A stretch of DNA of 63,843 nt, filler included, from Octopus bimaculoides (taxonomy: Eukaryota): the NCBI RefSeq assembly GCF_001194135.2. It is 8 parts of 7 records of this genome, joined end to end, with 100 filler letters (N's around TTAATTAATTAA, not from the genome) between each part and the next. Parts side by side here need not be neighbours in the genome. Positions count along the whole stretch, not along the records: positions 10,711 to 15,389 come from NC_069003.1; positions 15,490 to 39,026 come from NC_068991.1; 6 more parts are not named here. One strand, 5' to 3'. The position numbers were made by a program, and so were the translations under genes. Position 1 is the first letter of the stretch. Each line of letters begins with the position of its first letter. Below are positions 13,290 through 25,184 of this stretch, piece by piece. Below the pieces are notes generated by a model, which was not told where the DNA came from, did no database searches, and was given only the letters and a program-made list of their open reading frames with translations.

Positions 13290-14134
13290 AAAAAAAAAAT
13301 CCGAACAAACTGTCATCTAAATTACGCGAAAAGGAAAATAATAATGACATCTTATTTTAACAGATATATTTACCATAATTACGTAAATATATATTGAGAT
13401 ACTAAAGAGTAAATTCATTCAATAAAATCGCCATTGGCCTCAACCAAGGCCTCCAGACCACTTCAGAATCTCTTGCAGCTCTTCTGGACTGCCCCCTTGT
13501 TTACGTTTCCATAATCCTTGCCTTCAGTTCATCTTTGGTGTCACAAGGAGTTTGTTGGTCTCTCGCTCAACTGCACCCAACATATAAGAGTCAAGAAGCT
13601 TGCAGTCTGGGGAGTTAAGTGGCCAGATGTTAAAGTGATGTGGTGGCAGAAATTGTTTGACATCCAAGACTGGGTTCTCCTGCTTATGTTGCATGTTGCA
13701 GAGTCCTGTTGCTAGATATAGTGTCTTCTAGCAACCTCTCTCTTCACTTAGAGCACCACCACCTCCTCCAGGCACTTGATGTCTGACACAGCGTTGAATC
13801 TGATGCCGTGTGGAAATATGAATGAAGGCATAACGTCGCCATCACTAGCGATCACTCCAAACACCATGATGTTGACTGGATGTTTGATTTTTATCACTTT
13901 AGGACATGTCCACAAATTGCACTGTCCTCAAATTGACACCCAAACACTCAGGAATGTTCATTTTGTACCACCTGCCACGAATGTCAAGCAGTACAACATG
14001 TCTTTTCAAAATTTTTCTCGCAGTCGGTGCCCAACTCACCCTATTATACTGTGTAGTCGACAAAAATTTTAAAAAATGCGCATGCGCGAAATAAAAAGTA
14101 TAAAGTAGCGACAGCTTATCCACCACAACCTGTA
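13290..14134 (-). mobile_element. Internally deleted Tc1/mariner DD37D (maT-type) element, transposase pseudogene
   Basis: Minus strand reads HPVNIMVFGVIASDGDVMPSFIFPHG...QQDSATCNISRRTQSWMSNNF..NIWPLNSPDCKLLD (37 residues between D2 and D3 after one frameshift)...LEALVEANGDFIE*. Left end TA-CAGGTTGTGGTGGATAAG at 14134. The N-terminal HTH is joined directly to the catalytic domain. Confidence 0.85.
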
Positions 14135-14699
14135 TATANNNNNNNNNNNNNNNNNNNNNNNNNNNNNNNNNNNNNNNNNNNNNNNNNNNNNNNNNNNNNN
14201 NNNNNNNNNNNNNNNNNNNNNNNNNNNNNNNNNNNNNNNNNNNNNNNNNNNNNNNNNNNNNNNNNNNNNNNNNNNNNNNNNNNNNNNNNNNNNNNNNNNN
14301 NNNNNNNNNNNNNNNNNNNNNNNNNNNNNNNNNNNNNNNNNNNNNNNNNNNNNNNNNNNNNNNNNNNNNNNNNNNNNNNNNNNNNNNNNNNNNNNNNNNN
14401 NNNNNNNNNNNNNNNNNNNNNNNNNNNNNNNNNNNNNNNNNNNNNNNNNNNNNNNNNNNNNGTGTGTGATGATATTTACGAGTGAATGACTTCACAAATT
14501 GAAAAATAAGGTGAGGTAATTGGTTATCGTTATTATTGTAGTTGTTGTGGGTAAGGGAGATAACTGTACGGCTTCCGGTAAGGCGAGTGGAAATATATGT
14601 ACACACACACACACAAAAAAAGGTTCCGAAAAACTTGTTTAGCGAGGGGATTTATGTACAGTGATGTAATCGTGAATTGAAATATGTAAAAAGATAAAA

Positions 14700-15390
14700 G
14701 TCGGTTATGCGTGCATATTAAGACGTGTTCTGTATTTTTCAATGAAAAAAAGTTTCCTTATTCAAACGTTCTTTTGGAGAGATTGTGTCTTTGCACTGGT
14801 AGAAAGGGAAGACTGTGAAACTTGGTTTGATGTTTTCTGCACATTTTTCTATATGATCACTGAAAGGAATTTGCCTGTATTGCGGGAAACATATTTGCTC
14901 TTTCTGTAGAGTAGTTCTCATTCTCAAGGTCTTACTCGTCTGTCCAATATAGTTGTGTCCGCAATCTGTGCAGGTTATTATATAAATTAGGTTTTCAGAG
15001 GCACAAGTGAAACTACTTTTAATTGTGAACCTCGGTCCTTGTTTGAAAAGGAAATCCGAGCCTTTAAGTAAGTTGGGGCAGGTTCCACAGTTTGCGNNNN
15101 NNNNNNGTTTGAAAAGGAAATCCAAGCCTTTAAGTAAGTTGGGGTAGGTTCCACAGTTTGCGCGTCCACAATTTTTCAACCGTTGGTTTCGTGGTTGTTT
15201 TGTAAAGTTTCGCATTTGTTAGTAGTCTCTTTAGTGAGTTGTAGTGGGTTTTGCATTTGATGAGTTTGTGCGTTTTCAGGATGTCGTTCATTTTTGGATC
15301 TCTAGTTAGTAAAGGAAGATGTTGCACTATAGTGTTGAATGCCTCATTGTTTCTGGGGGTGTGTGTTGATATAAATTGTAGTGTTTTGAN
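14700..15390 (-). mobile_element. Penelope-like element fragment, GIY-YIG endonuclease
   Basis: FTCASENLIYIITCTDCGHNYIGQTSKTLRMRTTLQKEQI is a PLE GIY-YIG motif, preceded by CxxxxCxTC linker cysteines. Confidence 0.85.
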
Positions 15391-16329
15391 NNNNNNNNNN
15401 NNNNNNNNNNNNNNNNNNNNNNNNNNNNNNNNNTTAATTAATTAANNNNNNNNNNNNNNNNNNNNNNNNNNNNNNNNNNNNNNNNNNNNTTAATTGTTTC
15501 AGTCACAAGACTACAAGCATGCTGGCATATCACCTTAATGGATTTAGTCAAATGAATCAACCCCAGTATTTAATTTTAAGCATGATACTTATTCTATTGG
15601 TCTCTTCTACACAAACTGTTAAGTTACTGAGATGTAAGCAAACCAACACCATTTGTCAACCCATGGTACTTCATATTAAAACAGCATTCTCTAAGGGCTT
15701 CATTGCAGTGTACAGAGTTTTCATTGAAAACCTGTTCCTTTGAAGATATCTGGGCTAGCTTTAACCCTTTCCCAGCTGAATTATTTCTCAGTATGTGTTT
15801 TATTTTGAACTGTATTCTTTTTTTACTTAGAATGAATACTTTCTGATGTTTATTATTACTGAAAACATTCTTCTATTTAATATTGTATGCTATTAGATGA
15901 TACACAATAAAAACCCATTCAGGCAATCATGAAACATCGCATTTTTTTAATACACATATTTTCTGATTATAATTATAAGAAAGCAGAAAAAGGAGTAAAA
16001 AAGAACAAGAGGATAAACATACTTTATTTGCAATAAACAGGCATTATTCATTTGGTATGGTAATTTTGAAACCAGGCTGTTACACATAGGGAAACATTAT
16101 AGATTGGGTACAAATATTGAAAGTGTTTATGAATTTTTATTCTGCTACTGTCTCATTTCATTGCACAAATTTTACATTGTCTTGTTGAAATATTGGAATA
16201 TTGGAATATCCACAGGAAAATATCCAGGAAAAAATAAATATGATAAGATGTCGAAAGTCTTCTAGTTGTTAGATGTGGAATATGCAGATAGTAGGGGACA
16301 AACACACACAAAAAGACACATTCACACAC

Positions 16330-17085
16330 AAGAGAAAAGTTGAACCTAAGAAGCATCAGTTGTGGTGTGCAAGAGAGACGATTGCACTTGTATGGTCATG
16401 TGGCGAGAATGGATGAGGATAGCTGTGTGAAAAAGTGCCACACCCTAGCAGTTGAGGGAAACTGTGGAAGAGGTAGACCAAGGAAGACCTGGGATGAGGT
16501 GGTGAAGCACGACATTCGAACATTAGGCCTCACCGAGGCAATGACTTGTGATCGAGACCTTTGGAAATATGCTGTGTGTGAGAAGACCCAGCAAGCCAAG
16601 TGAGACCATAATCTGAGGTCTCTGCCAGGGATGTAGCCAGCCCACTTATGCATACTTTTCTTTCATTGGACACTAAACTCGGCTTGCGAAGACCTGTTGG
16701 AGCAAGTGAAAGCGAAATCATGATGGCACCTTTACCAGTGGAGCGCTAAGAGCACCGTCCGAGCGTGATCGTTGCCAGAGCAGCTGTTTGGCTTCCGTCC
16801 CAGTGGTACGTAAGTAGCACAATTTGTGTGTGATCGTTACCAGCGTCGCTTTCCTGGCACTTGTGCCGGTGGCACGTGAAAAGACATTCAAGTGAGGTCG
16901 TTGCCAGTGCCGCTGGACTGGCTCCTATGCAGGTGGCATGTAAAATACACCATTTTGAGCGTGGCCATTGCCAGTACCGCCTGACTGGCCTTCGTGCCGG
17001 TGGCACGTAGAAGCACCCACTACACTCTCAGAGTGGTTGGCGTTAGGAAGGGCATCCAGCTGTAGAAACTCTGCCAAATTGAATT
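16330..17085 (+). mobile_element. RTE-clade LINE 3' end: ORF2 C-terminus (to 16603) plus structured 3' UTR
   Basis: RRLHLYGHVARMDEDSCVKKC...GRGRPRKTWDEVVKHD...DRDLWK is the RTE C-terminal signature. The UTR matches the many 3'-end copies listed below. Confidence 0.85.
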
Positions 17086-17092
17086 GTGATGA

Positions 17093-17334
17093 AAATTAAA
17101 TTGTCACTCATTGTGACCGAGGGTGCCAGGTAGCACCTAAATTGCTAGAAATAAGAGTTAAAACACTTAGAGCTGCAAGAAAGCACATTTTCATATATTG
17201 ACAGGGAAGATAACTGCCCCATAAGCGAAGCTAGATCATTATACTAGACTAGTTTTGCCTGAAAATTAAAGGCTCATCAGTAATGACTACTGCACTGTCG
17301 AATGGTTTGGCTAAACCTGGACTGTCAGTATATA
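17093..17334. mobile_element. Partial copy of the foldback element seen at 19129-19536
   Basis: 17093-17255 aligns directly with 19195-19355. The start of the right arm (ctgtcagtata) abuts the mariner. Confidence 0.75.
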
Positions 17335-17336
17335 TA

Positions 17337-19113
17337 TTGGGTCATCCCATAAATAATGTGTTTTTTTCTCAAATGCATGAACTAAAAGTTGGAGAGGAGT
17401 GGGATAAATTACCTGCAACAACTTGCACAAAAGCAGGTAGTAATTTTACCGTTCGCTTATTCTTAGTGCAAGTTTTTAAGAGTGCAGTTCAATTTTAACA
17501 GTTATTTTTTTCAAAGCTATAATGAAAGTGACAAAAGAACATATTCGGCATATTTTGCTTTATGAGATCAATAAAGGCAACAATGCAACGGAAAGTGTGA
17601 GGAATATTAATGCAGTATATGGGGATCGGACATTAAGTGTAGGCCAGTGTCAACAGTGGTTTCAGAAATTCTGAGCTGGAAATTACAGGCTGGAAGACGA
17701 GCCTTGTCCTGGAAGATCTGTAGAGCTTGACGAGGACATCCTGCAAACCCTGGTTTAACAAAATCCCTTCATAACTGTTGAGGAACTAAAAGAGAAGCTT
17801 GGGTTCGGTCATTCAACCATTCATCAACACCTGTGTGCCATCAGAAAAGTCAGCAAATTGGGTAAATGGGTTCCTCACAAACTTTCTGAGTCTGATCGTA
17901 AGAAGAGAGTGAATATGTGCTCTTCTTTGCTGTCACATCTCACTAAGGAACGTTTTGGGGACCAAATAGTGACTACTGACAAGAAATGGGTTCTCTATAA
18001 AAATGTCAAGAGCCAAAGACAGTGGGTAGGGAAAGGAGAAATATCAGCACTCCAGTCTAAAGAAGGTCTTCACCCACGTAGGGTGCTGTTATCTGTTTGG
18101 TGGGATGTGAAAGGTTTAGTCCATTTTGAACTTTTAAACCCAACCCAAACAATAACAAAGGAGATCTACTGCAAGCAACTTGAGTGACTTAAGTCAGCGT
18201 TAGAAGAAAAACAACCATCAAGACAAAAGGTGTTCTTCCATCAGGATAATGCTCGGTTACATATAGCGAGGATGACATTCCAAAAGCTGGAGCAGATTGA
18301 ATGGGAAATGATGCCCCACCCACCATATTCACCATATATTGCCTCATCTGATTATCATTTATTCCACAGTCTTCAAAATCATTTGGACAGAAAAAATATC
18401 AATTTTGTAGATGAGGTCAGAATAGCACTGGAGGAGTATTTTTCATCATGGACAAGTGAATTTTGGAAGAGGGGCCTTGCAAGTCTACCAGATAGATCAA
18501 GGGTGGGGAAAACCTCACCTGCAGGTACAGTTGCACCCGCAAGCTGATATACTTGTATGTACAAATTGTAGTCAATTTTTCAATTATAAAATTTATACAA
18601 TATTTGTATGCCTATTTGTGATACAGGTCACATTTCCACTACGACTTAAAAGGGTCACATTCGAACAGAAATCGTCTGGTACTTGCCATTTGAATGGAAA
18701 TTTTGATATCACAATAAAACACATTGCTATTTTAGTACCACCCACTTGAGACCCAACTACACTAGCTGAAAAATATAAAATATAAACGTCCAACATTCAG
18801 TGGTGGTGTTAATGAAGATGTTACGTGTTAATTTAATGTTAACTTATCTTTACTAATGTATATCGAATATACATAGATATATACAAGATTTACACAGATA
18901 TAAGAGTTAGAACTTGTGACCTGCCCACGCACCTTTTTCTTAGGAAATTTTTGCCTACCACACAAAAGTCTTTTCCCAACCCTGAGACAGATGGAAGAGC
19001 ATTGTAGAAAATGAAGGAGAGTATATTTTAGATTAAAAAAGAACTTTGTTTATCTTAAATTTGAAAATCAAAAGAAGTATTAAAAAAACTGCATTATTTA
19101 TGGGATGATCTAG
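17337..19113 (+). mobile_element. Near-complete decayed mariner (DD34D) transposon; transposase pseudogene 17522-19036
   Basis: TIRs TTGGGTCATCCCATAAATAATG and CATTATTTATGGGATGATCTAG with flanking TA. Motifs WVPHKL, VTTDKKW, HQDNA, HPPYSPY and SDYHLF, with 34 aa between D2 and D3. Three in-frame stops and one insertion. Confidence 0.95.
18498..18984. mobile_element. hAT-type MITE inserted in the mariner ORF
   Basis: Termini CAAGGGTGGGGAAA and TTTTCCCAACCCTG. 8-bp TSD AGATAGAT (18490-18497) versus AGACAGAT (18985-18992). Removing it restores SLPDRWKSIVENEGEYILD*. Confidence 0.9.
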
Positions 19114-19128
19114 TATCTACCATATGAA

Positions 19129-19536
19129 TGCTAATGTAAAAATTATAAAATAACAAGGGCAGCTATACACAATATAAAACCAAAAAGGAAAAATTCAATT
19201 GTCATTAATTGTGACTAAGGGTGCCAGGTAGCACCTGTATTACTAGAAATAAAAGTTAAAACTCTTAGAGTCATAAGAAAGCACATTTTCATATACTGAC
19301 AGAGGAGATAACCATCCCATAATTGAAGCTAGATTACTATACTAGACTAGTTTCCCCTGTCAGTATATGAAAATGTGCTTTCTTGCAGCTCTAAGGGTTT
19401 TAACTGTTATTTCTAGCAATATAGGTGCTACCTGGCACCCCCAGTCACAATTAGTGACAATTAAATTTTTCCTTTTTGGTTATATATTGTGTATAGCTGC
19501 CTTCATCTTAATTATTTTATAATTTTCACATTAGCA
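19129..19536. mobile_element. Foldback MITE: ~175-bp inverted arms (19129-19302 and 19357-19536) with a 54-bp loop
   Basis: Arms are reverse complements, e.g. gggtgccaggtagcacct versus aggtgctacctggcaccc. A short fragment recurs at about 37278-37305. Confidence 0.85.
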
Positions 19537-19559
19537 CTTTGCTAAATCAGCCACAAATT

Positions 19560-20830
19560 TACTCTGGGGTCCTGAATAATCGCCCCACCCCCTTATTAAT
19601 TTTTCAGATTTTTCCATATCCACCACTTTTATTCCAACCTCCCGCTTATTAATTTTTCAGATTTTTTGCACACCCCAGCCGTTGATTAATTTTTTTAATC
19701 CCCCCCCCCCATTCACACACACACTTTTATTCCAACCCTCCTCCCTTATTAAATTTTGCTAATCTATCTCCAGTGAAATTTTATTGTAAGCTATTCATAT
19801 TGATACAACAGTTGAAAAATCTAATAATTATTTTATTTTACATTAAAAACATTATACATATATATGACAAAAAAAGAACATTTCAAGAAATACCATATGT
19901 TATAAAATAAATAGGATATATAAACTAAATAACTAATTCTGGTTTTAGAAAAAAATCACAGGTGACAGCCTAGAAAATTTTAAAAAACGGATTTCTCATT
20001 TAGATACAGGGCCAACAATTTGTAGGGAAGGACAAGTGGATTAAAGCAGCCCAGTACATTATCGACCCCTCAGTGGGATTGAACTCAGAACATAAGATTG
20101 AACTCAGAATGTAAAGCTAACCTCAGCAGGATTGAACTCAGAATGTATTTGGCTATAACTCAATGCTATAAGGCACATTGCCCAATACTTAAGCACAAGG
20201 CCAGCAATTTAAAGGGGAGGAGAAAGTCGATTAAACTGACTCCCGTAACTAGTACAAAACAACAAACTGTTTATGCTTCAGGACAAACTTTTTATGGAAT
20301 AAGATTTAACAACATCAACACAATTCAAGTAATTGCTCTTTGAACTTTTTCATAACATCATGGCAAAGAAAAGAGTATTTTGAGATGTGACGTATGAAAA
20401 TTATTCTATAGAAGAAAAACAAGCACTTGCTATCATGGTGAACCAATGCAAAGAGGAGTATGATTCTGAATTAGAGTGAATGAAAGGGAAAACTCATTCT
20501 GATGCTTAAAGGAAACACCATATCTCAGACACTCCAAAACAGGGATATCTCCCCAGAGCATTTGTTTTACTCAAATTTGGCCGGTGTCAAAAACTCTGCT
20601 CAACTATTTGATTCTGCTGTTAAAGTTGCCAAATGCTGCTATGAAAAATATCTGAAAGGCAAACTTGACAGTGCTGAAAAAAAATCCAAAGAAACATTTC
20701 AGAGTCACTGGAGGAGGTCATAAAACAAAAGCATCAGGCATGAGAGATGCCTTGTTTGAATGGTTTAAATACAAACTCTGAGATAAGATTGATTTTGGTA
20801 TCATTGCTAACCTGGGTGAACACTGTGATA
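19560..20830 (+). mobile_element. pogo/Tigger-like DNA transposon relic: 5' end and N-terminal transposase, with a SINE fragment inserted at 20005-20245
   Basis: Decayed ORF from ATG 20360 includes PKKHFRVTGGGHKTKASGMRDALFEWF (CENP-B-type HTH-like). A TA-preceded terminus with repeated ttattaattttt subterminal motifs lies at 19560-19760. Confidence 0.6.
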
Positions 20831-21037
20831 CATTCCCTAGACAAATGGTGGTTTTTCTTTGACAAACATATCTTGATTTCTGAATGATAAGGTAGCTTGT
20901 CCACTTCTTTCATTCCCTTGCAATGGTATTTGATCTCCATTGACAATTAGGAGGATCTACATGATCATTTGTTCAGGTCATTCAGCAAAGACTGAATGTT
21001 CATACATCATTTTCAATGGGAGAGTCCATCACGCACG

Positions 21038-21093
<56 letters not shown>

Positions 21094-21569
21094 AATATAT
21101 GTATGTATGTAAATATGAATAAAGATAAAGATGGATAATTATACACCTATACATTTTTTTTTATTACAGTCTTTTATGTTGTATATTCTCTTTAAACTTG
21201 TCCAATGTGTTTCTGCTGCATAGATATCCTATGATGTGGTGTCTGTTTGCATCCTGCTTATTCAGTTGCATTAAAATTTCAATCAGGTTAAATGTATCCA
21301 TGCAGCATTATTCAGTTTCCATCAACCAAATTCACTCACAAGGCTTTGGTTAGCCTGGGGCTATAGAAGACCCTATCCTAATGTATCAGTCTGTTGAAAG
21401 TAAGTAAGCTGAAACTCTGAAGTCACTGTCAACCTTTCCCTTGCATATATCAATGAATATGTACTCTTCAAAAAGTATTAAGTAATCCTTCAATTTCATA
21501 TCCTGCTTTCATATATGTGGCTTAACATAAAAACATACATTAATGCATACATACATACATCTCACTTAA

Positions 21570-21700
21570 AGTGGAAGGAAGTCAATCACTTAAAGTGAAT
21601 GGAAGTTGTGAAAGAGAGAAACCCAGGAAGACATGGGACAAAGTACTGAGCCTTGCAAAGGAGATGACAGAGGACTGGGATATGTGGCACCCACTACAAC
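21570..21700 (+). pseudogene. Old RTE ORF2 C-terminal fragment
   Basis: GSCEREKPRKTWDKVL...EMTEDWDMW, homologous to 16460-16570. Confidence 0.55.
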
Positions 21701-21719
21701 AGGACAAGCACCTCACTTT

Positions 21720-23500
21720 TATGAATATGGTCACCTGGTTTTATGCTGGGAATAATACGCAAGCATCACATATGAACAGCATCAAGTTGGTTGATGTGCT
21801 TTTGGTAAATGGTCCATGATTCAGCACTACAAAGCAATAATGTCAAAACCACCAACTTGTATACATCAACTTTCACCTTCAATGATACATCATGGCTCTT
21901 CCAAAGCCTATGGTAAAGCTTTCCAAAAGTGGAACTAGCCTTCCTGATTCTGGACTCAATTTCTTTATCCCTTTTAGTATCATTGGACACAACAGAACCA
22001 AGATCAGTGAAGGAGGAAACAGTTTTTAATGCTTTCCCATCAACATATACAGCAGGTGGATGGTCTTGAATGGGCTGATGAACAAGCCCAGTTTTCTTGA
22101 TGGTGATGGTCAGAACAAAAGCCTTCAATACACATGAGAAGTTATCTAGAATCAATTGCATGTTCTTAAGAGTGTGTGCTACAAGTGCACAATTGTCTGT
22201 GAAGAGCAAATCTCGAACTGTTTGCACCAAAGTTGTAGAATGTCAAGAAAGTTATTTTAGTTGTTGCATCATAGCACAGTTGTGCTATGGCATTCTCCAG
22301 CCAATCAGGGCTAGGCACATATGAATACCAAAGGCAGTTCTCTGCCCATGAAGTGAAGTGGGAGTTTTAATCAGTTAGCAGAAAGACGGCAGACCAGCAA
22401 CATCACTTCTTCATCATGGAACAGCCTCTTTGTTTTTCACACCAACTTCATGCCGCTAGCTCTGAATTATACCTGCCCTCAAACTCTGATTACATCATGA
22501 ACAGCCTATTCCATTTATGCCAACTTTGCTCTGCAAAATTCTGGATGACATCAGCTCACTACTCCTGTCATGTTATGAGCAATATATTTTTGTTTACACT
22601 AGCTCCGTTCTTATTAGCTTATAATGACTTCCAACTGAATCTATTTTTCAAACATAAGTTATAATGTTTTCCCTGACTCATGCATACATCCAGGCTATGC
22701 TCTTACTACTTGTCAGCTCTTGTTAATTAAAAATTTATTTGTATAAAAATTGTCTTCTGATATTTTACCTTTTACCAACTTTCACACTATAAATTAGTGA
22801 CTACATTCACTAAATTGGTGGCACTATAAATGGACTCCCACTAAAAAGTCTTAGTTTTTGCTTTGAAACATTGTTGGTTGAACAAACTACCACCAGTCCT
22901 GTATTAAAACTTTACTCCTTCTTTAACACCCTCCAATGCTGTTTCCAACATGACAGAGAAATGCAAAGCAAATAAGAGCAGTGCAAGAACACAACCTTGT
23001 TTTGTCCCTTTTGAGACTGTGAATGAATCAGACACTTCCCTGCCAGATCAAATAGAAGTCATTTTTCCTTGATGGAAAGAAATGATAACATTAAGCATCT
23101 TTTTGAGAACACCTAGCTTTCTATGGACAACCCAAAGAGCATCCCAGATACGGTATCAAAAGCTTTTGTTGGATTTGCAAAAGTGACAAAAAGGTTTAAA
23201 TTGTGCTCGCAAGGCTTTTCCTGCATTTGCCTCAGACTGAACATCATATCCACTGTGCCTCTACCAGCCTGAAAGCCACATTGAGATTCAGACAACGCTA
23301 AGTTGGTAAGGGCACCATTTAGTCTGTTCAAGATAACCCTTCCAGGGATCCTCCTGGCAACACACAAAAGGGAAATACCTCTATGGTTGTCATATTCACA
23401 TTTGTTGACTTTGTGCTGATAAAGATGGACAATAGAAGCATCTTTGAACTGGCAGTTGATGGAGTAACTGCCAGTTTTTGAAGGACAGTCCTCTGTGGTA
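21720..23500 (-). mobile_element. RTE (BovB-like) LINE reverse-transcriptase pseudogene, split by a 612-bp insertion
   Basis: Reads RGISLLCVARRIPGRVILNRL...ESQCGFQAGRGTVDMMFSLRQMQEK...TKAFDTV, then SKGTKQGCVL, KAKTKTLVQTVRDLLFTDNCAL, SFTDLGS, RIRKASSTFGKL and ESWTIY. Confidence 0.9.
22234..22845. mobile_element. Candidate solo LTR
   Basis: Begins TGTAG and ends CTAAA (CTACA-like). Flanked by an AAGT duplication (22230-22233 and 22846-22849). Removing it restores the RTE reading frame. Confidence 0.55.
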
Positions 23501-24173
23501 GGATGTTGATCAGTTTTTCATCAACAATTGAGTTTATATTCAGAACATTTGAAAACTGCTCTGCTCAGCACTTCATGATCTCTTTTGTGTGTGTGTATAT
23601 GTGTGAGTATACATGTGTGTATGAGTGTATATATATATATACACACACACACACAAACATGTACACATATACGTGTGTGTGTGTGTGTGTGTATGTGTGT
23701 ATGTGTGTGTGTGTATGGATAGACACAGACAGACAAACTGACAGAGCTACAAACATAGACTGTCAAACAGACAGTCACAGTCATGCAGACAGACAGATAG
23801 ATAAATCTATAGATATATACATACATACATACACAGACAGACAGATAAACAGACAGGTAGACAGATAAATAAACAAGAAGAAGGTAGATAGAAAGATAAG
23901 TAACAAATTAACTGAATGTCTAAAAGTACATGGCCAAAACTGAACTCACAAATTTGCTGATTTTCTCAACTGGCATGAAGCGGTTGTTTTGGATGGTATG
24001 GTATGTGTCGTATCAGGACAACCTTGAGATAAAAGAAGGCAAGAGAAAAGCATTAATGATGAGGACCTGATGAGAACTTTAATTCACTCACAAGGTATGA
24101 GTGTGAATTAAAGAATCAGTTCAAGAGAAGTGTATGAGGAGAAAGACAGATACACACACACACACACACACAT

Positions 24174-24211
<38 letters not shown>

Positions 24212-24213
<2 letters not shown>

Positions 24214-24606
24214 TTTCTTTTATCTTTTACTTGTTTCAGTCATTGGACTGGGACCATGCTGGACCACCAACTTGATGAATTCTTAATCGAATGAATTGAC
24301 CCCAATACACGACTTTTTAAAACCTGGTACTTATTTTATCGGTCTCAAACTGCTAAGTCACAAGGACATAAACACACCAACACTAGCTGTGAAGTGGTGG
24401 TGGGGGACAAACAAAGACACAAAGACACACACACTCACATAGACATACGTATATAACATGCTTCTTTCAGTTTCTATCAGCCAAATTCACTCACAAGGCT
24501 TTGGTCGGTATGAGGCTATAGTAGAAGACACTTGCCAAAGGTGCAAGGTGCAACAGAGTGGGACTGAACCCAGAACCATGTGGTTGGGAAGCAAGCTTCT
24601 TACCAA
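24212..24606 (-). mobile_element. SINE family C, near full length (tRNA head, CORE-like CACCTTGG(G)CAAGTGTCTTCTACTATAG, internal microsatellite, AAAAGAT tail)
   Basis: Matches the copy at 48128-48540 and partial copies at 15490-15660, 21300-21385, 25210-25372, 49585-49755, 53550-53680 and 54955-55092. Confidence 0.85.
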
Positions 24607-25118
24607 TATATGTGTGTGTGTGTATGTGTGTGTGTGTATGTGTGTGTGTGTGTGTGTGCGTGCGTGTGTGTGTTAGATGATATATTAATAGAATTTCTGA
24701 AATACTTTCAAGATGCTTACATGCATATAAATGTACTTTTGCACAATGCAGTGGGAATGAATTTGAGTAACTATTAACATAATTTACTTTAAGGTATGGA
24801 TGAATTAAACCTAGCCTTAACCTCCCCATTCTTATAACACCAGGTAGCTATTTTACTCGCTATGTGAATGTATGTGCACCAAACTACATGTGTGCATGTA
24901 CATACATGTTCATGGATGCTTGTATGAGTGAGTGCACCTGCACCATACAACTTATGCATCTATATCTGTTAATGGTTATTTTTAATACTTTTCTCACTGT
25001 ATTGCGTGTTTGTTCCTTTTTTGTAACTGTTATTTGATAATCAATCTTCAATATAAATGAAGCTATATCTTTTAATTTGCTGCTTTTCTTTACACGAAAT
25101 GAGAAGATAGATTGCAGA

Positions 25119-25184
<66 letters not shown>

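Noticed and set aside
15047-15165. Tandem ~55-bp duplication inside the Penelope ORF
   Set aside because: It straddles a 10-N gap and is probably an assembly artefact, although the copies differ by a few bases.
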